64,000 nt of DNA, from contig JABHQW010000003.1 in assembly GCA_018696595.1 (NCBI GenBank), forward strand, positions 241,907 to 305,906. The letters run 5' to 3'. Shown in pieces: positions 30,041 to 38,551 of this stretch (the first letter of the stretch is position 1; the number at the start of each line of letters is the position of its first letter). A model generated the notes under the pieces. It saw only the letters and a program-made list of their open reading frames with translations. It was not told where the DNA came from and ran no database searches. This DNA is from Candidatus Woesearchaeota archaeon. Lineage in GTDB: Archaea; Nanobdellota; Nanobdellia; Woesearchaeales; GW2011-AR9. A program made the position numbers and the translations under genes.

Positions 30041-31957
30041 ATGCTTTACTATTACTCAGTCATGTCAGTTCCAGAATTAATATTAGAAGAAAGGCTAAGT
30101 AAAGTAAAATCAGAAAATATTGCTAAAGAGATTATAAGCAAAAGAGATAACCGTTCTTGGTTAAGAAAAGGAGTAGATTATTTGTCAAGAAGCATTTTAT
30201 TACCTGCCGCAGCAACTTTAGCAATTGCTTTACCTTCTTGTGAAACTGGAGAAGTCAATTCACAATATAATGGATGTAAGTTCGATAGTCAATGTGCTTC
30301 TGGAGAAATTTGTGATAACAATACAAAACAATGTGTTCCAAAAGATAAAGAATTAGAAAGTTGTATTATGGATACAGATTGTCCAGAAGATTTTCATTGC
30401 AACCCAGATAAAGTTTGTTCAAATGTTCCAGATACTACTAAGATATTAGGGTCAGCAGTTTCTGAGTTAGAGAGTATTACAGGAGATCAGAAAAAATTAA
30501 CTTTCAAAGGAAGTTCTACCTACGCCAATAAACTAAAACCAGGAGACATCATAGTAGCAGGTATTAGTAATAAATTGGAAGAAGGATTATTGAGAGAAGT
30601 CACTTCAATCAGTAACTCAGGAAGCAATATTAGCGTTCAAACAGTAAGTGCATCTTTAGAACAAGCAATAAAAAAAGGAATAATTAGTGGAACAATTGTT
30701 TTTAGTGAGGATTATTTAGGAAAAGCTGATGCAATCACACCAGGAGTAACTATTGAAACAACTTATTTTCCGCTTTCAGAAGAGATGAGTATGGAAATTA
30801 ATTTTGATCATGTTAATCTTTACAAAAATGTATTATTCTTAGATGGAAGTTTAGAAGGAAATATTTCTGCTAATTTTGAAGTAGAAATTGATTGGTTTAA
30901 AATTAAAGAAGTTTATTTTGCTTTAGGTGGCGAAGAAAACTTAGACTTAACTTTAAGTGGAGAAATAAGTAAAACGATTTCTGAACAATTACCCCCAATC
31001 AAACCATTACATTTTCCTCCAATTGCTTTTGCCATTCCGACTGTCCCCCCAATACCGGTAGTAATTAGTCCAGAACTATCCATTATTCTTGGAGTTGATG
31101 CATCGGGAGAATTAAGTTTTGAAACAGGAATTAATCAATCAATAGAAATGTTATATGGATTACAATACAAAAATAAAGAATGGCAACCAATTAAATCTTT
31201 TGCCCATAATTTTGATACTACTGGGGTTAATTTAACTCAAACACACGCAGATATTAGAGCATATGTTATTCCTTTATTCGCTTTAGATTTTTACGGGGTT
31301 GCTGGCCCTTACGGTGCAGTTGAAGCTTTTGTTGGTGCAGAAGTTGAACCATTTAATAATCCTTGGTGCTCAGTTTATGCAGGATTGGATATTATGGCAG
31401 GAGTTCATGTGGAGGCATTAGGAAAAACTTTAGCCGACTATCATACTACTATTTTTGAATTAGAAAAAGAATTGTATACTTGTGAAGAAAGTAATACGTG
31501 TATACCATCTCAAGAGATTTGTGATGGAAAAGACAATGATTGTGATAATAATGTTGATGAAGGAAACGTTTGCGGAAGCACTTGTCAAGATGAATGTTAT
31601 AATGTTGGACAAACAGAATGTGTGAACAGTTCTTCATTTAAAGAATGTGGAAATTATGATGAAGATAGTTGTTTAGAGTTAAGTTCTACACAATATTGTG
31701 GGAATGAGGAAATTTGTGAAAATGGCGAATGTGTTGAAGAATCTACGGGAACAGATTATACAGTTGATGAATTGTTTCAATTATGTTCAGATTGGAGAGA
31801 TCTCCATAAAGAATGTTACGGAGAATATCCTGCATTAATGAGCATGCTTTGTTCAGAATTATCAGAAGAAGTAAAAGAAAGTGGAAATATTCCAAAAGAT
31901 TGGCTTTGTGCAAAAAATGCTACTTGTACCAAATATATTGAATGTCACGAGAATTAA
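30041..31957 (+). CDS. Large Cys-rich secreted/lipid-anchored protein
   Basis: Hydrophobic segment ending ALPSC (lipobox-like). Cys-rich N- and C-terminal modules, including CDGKDNDCDNNVDEGNVCG-type repeats. Confidence 0.5.
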   Translation: MLYYYSVMSVPELILEERLSKVKSENIAKEIISKRDNRSWLRKGVDYLSRSILLPAAATLAIALPSCETGEVNSQYNGCKFDSQCASGEICDNNTKQCVPKDKELESCIMDTDCPEDFHCNPDKVCSNVPDTTKILGSAVSELESITGDQKKLTFKGSSTYANKLKPGDIIVAGISNKLEEGLLREVTSISNSGSNISVQTVSASLEQAIKKGIISGTIVFSEDYLGKADAITPGVTIETTYFPLSEEMSMEINFDHVNLYKNVLFLDGSLEGNISANFEVEIDWFKIKEVYFALGGEENLDLTLSGEISKTISEQLPPIKPLHFPPIAFAIPTVPPIPVVISPELSIILGVDASGELSFETGINQSIEMLYGLQYKNKEWQPIKSFAHNFDTTGVNLTQTHADIRAYVIPLFALDFYGVAGPYGAVEAFVGAEVEPFNNPWCSVYAGLDIMAGVHVEALGKTLADYHTTIFELEKELYTCEESNTCIPSQEICDGKDNDCDNNVDEGNVCGSTCQDECYNVGQTECVNSSSFKECGNYDEDSCLELSSTQYCGNEEICENGECVEESTGTDYTVDELFQLCSDWRDLHKECYGEYPALMSMLCSELSEEVKESGNIPKDWLCAKNATCTKYIECHEN

Positions 31958-31982
31958 TAAAAAAAATTAAAATAAAAAAAAT

Positions 31983-32222
31983 TTACTTGAGAATTTCGTA
32001 TTCTTTAACAATTATCACTAAGAACAAGAACAGTAATACTGCACCACCAATCATGTACCATAATCCTGGGAACATCATTGTATCTCTAATAGCAACATAC
32101 ATTCCCCAGCCCATGACGATAAAACCTAGCCAAAGAAACTTGTCTAACACTAACTTCATGATCTGAAATTCTTGATCCTCGGTCATCTGTTTTTTTCCGT
32201 TTATTTTTCTTTTTCTTGCCAT
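31983..32222 (-). CDS. Small two-TM membrane protein
   Basis: 79 aa within the pilin cluster. Confidence 0.35.
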   Translation of the reverse strand: MARKRKINGKKQMTEDQEFQIMKLVLDKFLWLGFIVMGWGMYVAIRDTMMFPGLWYMIGGAVLLFLFLVIIVKEYEILK

Positions 32223-32234
32223 TTTTCAATACCT

Positions 32235-32789
32235 CTAAATGATGTTCACAAAGAAAGATTTCTCTGCGTACGGTGCGTCTGGAGTAATTTCATTACCACC
32301 ATCATCAACTTCCATTATTCTCAAGTTAACCAAATAAGTTCCAGTATCACCATCTGCATTAATCTTAATATTGTAAGCTTCTGCATTAGTTGTCTGCAAA
32401 GTAAACGCACTAGTATCATAGAAAAAACTCACATGATCTTTTAGCTGCTCAATAGTCCACTCTGGATGAGCTTGACTCTCTGTCGCCTCAACTTTAATCT
32501 CAAACTTCAATTGAGCGTTGTTAGTATTCTTAACACCAATTGCAATATCTTGCGCGTCTCCCTTCTCAATACTTAATGTAGTTGCTGGAAAACTTAACTT
32601 TTTATCACCTGTTCTAAGATCTTCCAAAATCTGTTGTCTAATCTGTTCTTGTACTCCAGTAGAAGTTTCTGTAATAGATTTAAACTGACCACGAACAAAA
32701 CTTAATCCCAATCCCAGAACAACGAAAGCAATAACAACAATTACGATCGCTTGGATAGATAAGTTCAATGAACCTTTTTTATTATTCAT
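32235..32789 (-). CDS. Type IV pilin-like protein (class III signal peptide)
   Basis: MNNKKGSLNLSIQAIVIVVIAFVVL. KKG then hydrophobic helix. C-terminal end FFVNII parallels 29473..30018. Confidence 0.5.
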   Translation of the reverse strand: MNNKKGSLNLSIQAIVIVVIAFVVLGLGLSFVRGQFKSITETSTGVQEQIRQQILEDLRTGDKKLSFPATTLSIEKGDAQDIAIGVKNTNNAQLKFEIKVEATESQAHPEWTIEQLKDHVSFFYDTSAFTLQTTNAEAYNIKINADGDTGTYLVNLRIMEVDDGGNEITPDAPYAEKSFFVNII

Positions 32790-32929
32790 TATTTTACACC
32801 TCTTTTTTAATAATTATAATATAAAGTAATATTTTTTCATATATAAATGTTTGGAAAAATAACATTTTTCCAGACATTTCAAAAAGTCCTTGCTTTTTGT
32901 TATGTATTGGATATTTCAAGTTAAAAAAT

Positions 32930-33766
32930 TTAGAACAACCTTTTAATAATAAAATCAAAAACTTCTCTGCCAAATATTAACACTAAGTAAGCAAACAAGA
33001 AACTGGGAACGAAAGGTACGCCTTCTTTGATCAAGATTAAGTTTTTCAAGGGTAACAATTTAACTAAATCTTCTTTTTCTAAAGTTTTTGCTGCCACAAT
33101 AATTTTTGTTCCAACTTTAACATCTTCAGCTAACCAATCCCCTTCTGTAAGATTCTCTGGTTTGATTTTTTTAAAGAAACAAGTTTTTTCTACAGAGTTT
33201 ACGAAACTGAACAAATAAAACATTCCTAAAGGGAGAATGATTAACGGCCAGAAAAATGATTGGAAGATAGTCAAAACAACAAAGATTAAAGAAACGATTA
33301 AAGTAAATGAATGTAACTTCTTCTGTTTCTTCATTCTTTTCGTGATATCTTTAACAAAAAGTTTTCTTTTGACAATAGCGATTACAATCATATAAATCAA
33401 ACCATAAATTGCGCCCAAGAATAATAATGCTAGGAAAAAAAATAGTAAGTTCCAACTATCGGCATTAAAAGAATAATTAATTCCAATAATAACTCCCATC
33501 GCCATTAATAGTTTAGAATCTCCGCCACCCCATTGACCAGTATAATAGAATAGAAAAGCTAATGCTAAACAGATAATGAAACCTAGAATCCCGCTAAATA
33601 AAACAGTCCAACCCAATTCGAATGAGAAAATAATTCTGACCCCAAACGCAGCAAAGATCAATCCATAATTTAACCAATCAGGAACTTCTCTTGTTCTAAT
33701 GTCTGAATAAGAAGCAATAAGTAAAGCGATTAATGTGATTGCAATTAGAGTAACATCTAAAACCAT
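32930..33766 (-). CDS. Prepilin/preflagellin peptidase (A24 family, FlaK/PibD-like)
   Basis: Polytopic membrane protein with first catalytic Asp in SYSDIRTREVPD and second in GGGDSKLL, the hallmark GxGDxKL motif. Confidence 0.7.
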   Translation of the reverse strand: MVLDVTLIAITLIALLIASYSDIRTREVPDWLNYGLIFAAFGVRIIFSFELGWTVLFSGILGFIICLALAFLFYYTGQWGGGDSKLLMAMGVIIGINYSFNADSWNLLFFFLALLFLGAIYGLIYMIVIAIVKRKLFVKDITKRMKKQKKLHSFTLIVSLIFVVLTIFQSFFWPLIILPLGMFYLFSFVNSVEKTCFFKKIKPENLTEGDWLAEDVKVGTKIIVAAKTLEKEDLVKLLPLKNLILIKEGVPFVPSFLFAYLVLIFGREVFDFIIKRLF

Positions 33767-34072
33767 ATGTAGAAAGAATTATTTTATGTTTATTAAGATG
33801 TTGGTTTTTTGTTAGTTCTGGTAACAATTTATTAATAATAAAGGAAGAAAAAAATCATTGAAAACCGTATAGCAAAACATTGAACAATGCTAATTTTAAA
33901 CACGAACAAAGATAAACAATATAATCTTCATTTTCTAATTATTATTTTCATCTAAATCAAATCAACAAAATTAAAACCAAGACAGTGCAAACATTTATAA
34001 ACAAAATTATATTAACAGAACCTAGTAGAAAGTAGAATATAATACTTAATAAACAAAAAAACGGTGATAAAT

Positions 34073-34633
34073 ATGGTAGACGAAAACTATGATCTCTTAC
34101 CTCATAAACTTCTTGCAGACTTAAAAGAAGATGTGGATTCTTTAAAAAAGAAAATGAACGAACCAAATCAAAAGATTAACGAACTAATCTTAGAGATTGA
34201 AAGTATGAAAGATGTGGTAAATGATTTAAACACAATATTTCAAAAAGCTTTGGCACAAACCAAAGATGCGGACCCACATCAAATTATTAAAGTTCTTGCA
34301 CAAAGAACAGAAACGGTATTGAATCAAAACGAAACTATTGCTAAAGGCATGGTAGCAATTTCTGATAAATTAGAGAGTTGGATGGAAACACAGAGTCAAG
34401 TTGTAAGTAAACCAATACCACAACATGCCCCTGTGGCTCAGCAACAACAACAACAACATATGCCACCACCCCAAATGGGGACATCGCAACATAGTATGGG
34501 TCCGCCAGAGATGCCGGGCAATAGAGTTGCTCCAATGCCACCGATGGCAGGACAACAGCAAGGAGGGATGGATATGCCGCCACCACCGCCAGGTTCAAGT
34601 AAGAAAAATATAATTGGTGGATTATTCAAATAA
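34073..34633 (+). CDS. Coiled-coil protein with poly-Q and Pro/Met-rich C-terminal low-complexity tail
   Basis: Track starts at GTG 34064, first ATG at 34073. C-terminus QQQQQQHMPPPQMG...MPPMAGQQQGGMDMPPPPPG. (CAA)n microsatellite. Confidence 0.4.
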   Translation: MVDENYDLLPHKLLADLKEDVDSLKKKMNEPNQKINELILEIESMKDVVNDLNTIFQKALAQTKDADPHQIIKVLAQRTETVLNQNETIAKGMVAISDKLESWMETQSQVVSKPIPQHAPVAQQQQQQHMPPPQMGTSQHSMGPPEMPGNRVAPMPPMAGQQQGGMDMPPPPPGSSKKNIIGGLFK

Positions 34634-34635
34634 AG

Positions 34636-35502
34636 ATGGGTTACTTAAAAGCCAAACAATTATTGGTAACTTTAGCTAAAGTTCAAGAGAAAGAAAAAAA
34701 GAACTTTAATAGACTTGAGATCGTTAAAAAGATGAACGAAATAAAATATCTTTCTACACAAAAGAAAGTTCCGCGTTTGACTTTAAGAAAAGAGGTAATT
34801 CATTTAGAAAATAAGATCGAAGGAATTCTAGAACTTGAAGAAGAATTAATGAAGAAAAAGAAACATGAATCAAAAAGAATTGTTTCTTTGAAAAAACAAA
34901 TTACTAATCTGAAGAAAAAGTTAACTGCTTGTCAGGATAAAGATTTAAAGAAAAAGGTTGAAAGATTATCTCACTTATTGGGGGATTTCTTAGCTAAACA
35001 TGGAACTAAAGATGACATTGAGTTAAGTAAAAAAATCTTGAAAGAAATTAAAGTTAAGAAAAGGTTACCTTCAACTAAAGCTAAGAAAATCAAACATGAT
35101 CGACACCCTGTTAAAAGACAAAAAGTTACTGAAGTTTCTATTTTAACTGAACAAGATAAATTAAGGATCAGAAGATTACAATTACGGATGAAGATTCTTA
35201 AACAAGAATTAGACCAAGTTGAAGAAGTTGATTTACAGAAAACTAAATTGTTGGAACAAAGAGTAAGTCTTTTAGAAATGAAGTTAAACGGTTATTACAA
35301 AGAACACCCAGAATTACTTTCTGAAACAATTGTAGAAAAGAAATCTGAAGTGGTTTCTTCGCCGATGGAAGTTAAACATACTTTAATGTTCAATGGTTCT
35401 GAGAGTAAAGAATCTTTATTGCTTGGTGACCATGGCAAATCTATAGAAATTGATTTAGAGAAAGAATTACCTTTACCGCCGCCGCCTAAGATGACTGATT
35501 AG
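34636..35502 (+). CDS. Lys-rich coiled-coil protein
   Basis: 288 aa with heptad-like K/E/L pattern, Pro-rich end LPLPPPPKMTD. Abuts previous gene. Confidence 0.4.
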   Translation: MGYLKAKQLLVTLAKVQEKEKKNFNRLEIVKKMNEIKYLSTQKKVPRLTLRKEVIHLENKIEGILELEEELMKKKKHESKRIVSLKKQITNLKKKLTACQDKDLKKKVERLSHLLGDFLAKHGTKDDIELSKKILKEIKVKKRLPSTKAKKIKHDRHPVKRQKVTEVSILTEQDKLRIRRLQLRMKILKQELDQVEEVDLQKTKLLEQRVSLLEMKLNGYYKEHPELLSETIVEKKSEVVSSPMEVKHTLMFNGSESKESLLLGDHGKSIEIDLEKELPLPPPPKMTD

Positions 35503-35561
35503 AGTTCTTGAAGATATATATTTGCGGAGGATAATATTTTTAAATCATTTCTAATTAATTA

Positions 35562-36080
35562 TTGTCTATGAAAGAATTATTAAGAGAAGTTTATTTCTTT
35601 AAAGGATTAGATGATGAACAAATTGGTCAAGTTTGTGGCATTTCTATGTTTTCCACTTATCAACCAGGAAAAATAATTATTACTGAAGGAGCAATAGATG
35701 ATAAATTTTATATCATTCAATCTGGAGGAGTAGAAGTTTATACGAAACCTTTTCTTGAAGCGGAGAAACAAATATTAGCCACATTAGGAGCAGGAAATTT
35801 TTTTGGAGAAGTTGCTGCAATCTTTGGTAGACCAAGAACAGCTTATATTGCTGCAACAGATCAAACTTATGCTTTAGAAGTTGATGGAACAGAACTGAAA
35901 AATTTGATGAGAGATAACTCATCACTGGGATCTTTAATTATGTATGGAATTGCAGAAGAATTAGCACGAAGACAAGAAACATCTAATAAAAGAGTAAAGG
36001 ATCTTGAAATTGAAAAGAATACTTTGGCAGCAAAGTTGCACATAGCTGAGACTAAAATTCCAAGAAAGAAACGTGATTAA
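35562..36080 (+). CDS. Cyclic nucleotide-binding domain protein
   Basis: cNMP-binding signature GAGNFFGEVAAIFGRPRTAYIAA (FGE...R.A), coiled-coil C-terminus. Confidence 0.6.
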   Translation: MSMKELLREVYFFKGLDDEQIGQVCGISMFSTYQPGKIIITEGAIDDKFYIIQSGGVEVYTKPFLEAEKQILATLGAGNFFGEVAAIFGRPRTAYIAATDQTYALEVDGTELKNLMRDNSSLGSLIMYGIAEELARRQETSNKRVKDLEIEKNTLAAKLHIAETKIPRKKRD

Positions 36081-36123
36081 ACAGTAATATTTATATAAGA
36101 TTTCTTGATTTTCTATGTTTATT

Positions 36124-36261
36124 GCCCCTGTGGCCTAGCGGTATGGCGTTGCATTGGTAAATCTTAACTTAGTTTTCGTTAAGTTCAAAGATGCAGAGAT
36201 CCCGAGTTCAATTTCCGTAAGGGAGTTACAAACCCTTCGTTTGAAAGTCTCGGCAGGGGCT
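36124..36261 (+). tRNA. tRNA-Thr(GGU) with two introns (canonical 37/38 and T-loop)
   Basis: GCCCCTG-TG-GCCT AGCGGTA TGGC-G-TTGCA TTGGTA[~31-nt intron with CTTAAC/GTTAAG hairpin]A TGCAG-AGATC-CCGAG TTCAA[~35-nt intron ...TTTGAAA]GT CTCGG-CAGGGGC-T, followed by T-run terminator. Confidence 0.55.
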
Positions 36262-36263
36262 CT

Positions 36264-36272
36264 CTTTTTTTC
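36264..36272 (+). terminator. Oligo-T tract downstream of tRNA (archaeal terminator)
   Basis: TCTTTTTTTTC immediately 3' of the discriminator base. Confidence 0.45.
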
Positions 36273-36306
36273 AATAAACTTTAAAAATAAAACCAACTTC
36301 TAAGCA

Positions 36307-36439
36307 TTGCTTATCTCATTAGGTATAGCTTAGCCCCTTTGTGGGCACTTTGCTTTCCAGTTACCCTTTACAGACCTAGTGCTGTATTTCGGGCCCGGGA
36401 GGATACCTTTTACAACAGCAACCCTTTTGAGATAAGCAA
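36307..36439. ncRNA. Candidate structured RNA closed by a 12-bp terminal helix
   Basis: TTGCTTATCTCA (36307-36318) pairs perfectly with TGAGATAAGCAA (36428-36439). Interior is GC-richer than surroundings (GGGCCCGGGAGG, GCCCC..GGGC hairpin). No ORF. Confidence 0.25.
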
Positions 36440-36453
36440 CTTAATTCTCAACA

Positions 36454-36557
36454 GAAGTAAGTAATATGTCTACTTTGCCAATGGAGGCACATGGCACACT
36501 AATTAAAAAATTTAACAGGTGCCATAATCGTGCCGTGCAAGTTGATATATTACTTCT
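36454..36557 (+). ncRNA. Structured intergenic element, copy 2 of three-copy family
   Basis: Outer stem AGAAGTAAGTAATAT/ATATATTACTTCT, core GCCAATGGAGGCACAT ... GTGCCGTGC, apical hairpin ATGGCAC..GTGCCAT. Confidence 0.45.
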
Positions 36558-36600
36558 AAACAAAAGAAATTCTTATATAACAAACAACTAAACAAATTCC

Positions 36601-37524
36601 ATGCTAAATCAAATATCACAAGAAATTAAATCCATGATTAACAGTTTCTCTGCAGAAGATAATATAGTTTTCAATAACAAAGTCATCAGAATAAACAAAG
36701 ATAATTTCCAAGAGATAGTCCTAAATGAAAACAAAACACTAGCTTTCATCGATGGTGGACAAGCAGAGATAATCTCAACTGGAAACTTCTGCCTCTCTTT
36801 CATCAGAATAGCAGCTGTTTTCTTTCAAAACAATAAAAAAATCAACCAAATTAAGAAAGAATTCTATTTGTTTACTAAATCTAAATACTTAAACGAAGAT
36901 TTATACTATGAATCAAAGATATTTGGAAACAAAATAATCAATGAAGAAGATTTATTAATCTCTTCTAATGATTCCAGTATTAAAACAGGATCAGAACGAG
37001 CACCAATTTCTAAAATAACAAACATGGCTAGAAGATTTGCAGAATTATCTTTAGCAAAAGAAATCCAAGCAGACCACATTATCTTAGATGGTACTTTAGA
37101 ACCAACTTTTAAGAATGAAGAAAAATATATTCCCAATAATGCTTCAGCCCTAGCAAAATCATCATCTCTATTCACAACATCAGGAAATTCGCCAGTAATT
37201 CTCTTAAATAAAATAGGATTAAGTAATTGTTGGAGTTATTTCTTAGAGAATAAAACTTATTTTGTAAAATTGAATCAGAAAGCCAAACATGTCTTCCGAT
37301 TTGAAGGTAATAGAGAAGCTCTCCCCCATTTAGTTAGTAATTCTAAAGATGCTTTGTTCCTTGGTTATCCGTATGGATTAATCTTTGTGGATCAGATAGC
37401 TAGAGTTTCAAATTCTGAAAAGAATTCTTTGAAAATGAATTTCTTGTTGAGAAAAGATAATCAGGAAATTGCTGAGTATTTGTCTACGAGTAACGCCCAT
37501 GAGATATTGGATAATATTTCTTAA
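36601..37524 (+). CDS. Hypothetical protein, possible RNase H-like/NurA-like nuclease fold
   Basis: LAFIDGGQAEI near N-terminus resembles the first acidic strand of RNase H-like nucleases (NurA DGS). Weak. Confidence 0.35.
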   Translation: MLNQISQEIKSMINSFSAEDNIVFNNKVIRINKDNFQEIVLNENKTLAFIDGGQAEIISTGNFCLSFIRIAAVFFQNNKKINQIKKEFYLFTKSKYLNEDLYYESKIFGNKIINEEDLLISSNDSSIKTGSERAPISKITNMARRFAELSLAKEIQADHIILDGTLEPTFKNEEKYIPNNASALAKSSSLFTTSGNSPVILLNKIGLSNCWSYFLENKTYFVKLNQKAKHVFRFEGNREALPHLVSNSKDALFLGYPYGLIFVDQIARVSNSEKNSLKMNFLLRKDNQEIAEYLSTSNAHEILDNIS

Positions 37525-37579
37525 TGTAATTACTACTTACCAGTAAGATTTATAAAAACGTCCTCTTCTAAACGTATTA

Positions 37580-38467
37580 ATGACTTATAAATCCTATTTC
37601 AATCAATTAGCAGCAAGAGAACAAATTGAACCATTAAAAGAAGCAATCGAAATAACAATTGATTTAAGTTACGCAAGTAGTGTTCTTTTCCAACAGTATC
37701 CAATAGACAAACCCTTTGAGGAACTAATAGTCTATCAAGTCTTAGATGAACTTGCCGATCTTTCTGAACAACATGAGTCAGCAGAAGGTTTAGCAAAATT
37801 AATTTGGTATCCAGCAAAAGTCATTTGTGCTGTTATGGACCATAAAATACTACATAAAGAAGAAGGCCAGTACATTAAAGAAGCAACCGAATTAGCACTT
37901 GGCATTTACAATGGAGAAGCCACAAGAGAAGAAATTCTTGCTTTAAAAGATAAATTCATGAGTGATGAAAAAAATAAAGTGGGTTTTTCAAGATTAGATA
38001 TTTACGGTAAAAAAATTGCTGATCAAAGGTCTTGCAAAGCTATGGACCCAAAGTACAGTGAAAAGGCAGTAAAAAGTTTAACTGAAACTGTTAACGGGGA
38101 AGATATTTTATTCATTGCGTTAGGTAATGGGGGAATTGCCCCAGGTTTAGATGTATTCCTGCGTTATTGCAACCAGAATGAAACAGATTCTACATTTTAT
38201 CCGGTTCGTTTTTCCTCACATAAAAGAGCAGACCAAACACCCCAGCTCAATGATTGGGAAGCAAAATATCTTCAAGAAGTAAGAGGAGATAAAAAAGTAG
38301 TAATATTTGATGAAGACACATCAAGCGGTTTAACTTTGAAAAGAAGTCACGAATTCTTCTGTCCTAGTTTTGTTTCAGATAAAGACATTATTCTAATGAC
38401 AAATGAAGAAGGAACTCTTGAAATAGATGACCTTTGGTATAATCAAATAAGAAAGAAATCAGCTTAA
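37580..38467 (+). CDS. Hypothetical protein with C-terminal phosphoribosyltransferase-like domain
   Basis: KKVVIFDEDTSSGLTL resembles the PRTase PRPP-binding loop (VLIVDDVLTTGGT). Confidence 0.4.
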   Translation: MTYKSYFNQLAAREQIEPLKEAIEITIDLSYASSVLFQQYPIDKPFEELIVYQVLDELADLSEQHESAEGLAKLIWYPAKVICAVMDHKILHKEEGQYIKEATELALGIYNGEATREEILALKDKFMSDEKNKVGFSRLDIYGKKIADQRSCKAMDPKYSEKAVKSLTETVNGEDILFIALGNGGIAPGLDVFLRYCNQNETDSTFYPVRFSSHKRADQTPQLNDWEAKYLQEVRGDKKVVIFDEDTSSGLTLKRSHEFFCPSFVSDKDIILMTNEEGTLEIDDLWYNQIRKKSA

Positions 38468-38551
38468 TTATACTCTACAACAGCATAAACTTTATAATAG
38501 ATTAACTTAAAGCTAACATATTAAAAATTTTTAAAAAGCAGGTGATGTTAA

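Noticed and set aside
34341-34629. Four overlapping short ORFs on both strands within 34341-34629
   Set aside because: All lie inside the poly-Q/Pro-rich tail of 34073..34633. They are artefacts of the CAA/CCA-rich low-complexity DNA.
36307-36439. Possibility that the helix-closed 130-nt region is SRP RNA or RNase P RNA
   Set aside because: Too short. Lacks the conserved SRP domain IV or RNase P P4 sequence blocks. Kept only as an unclassified structured-RNA candidate.
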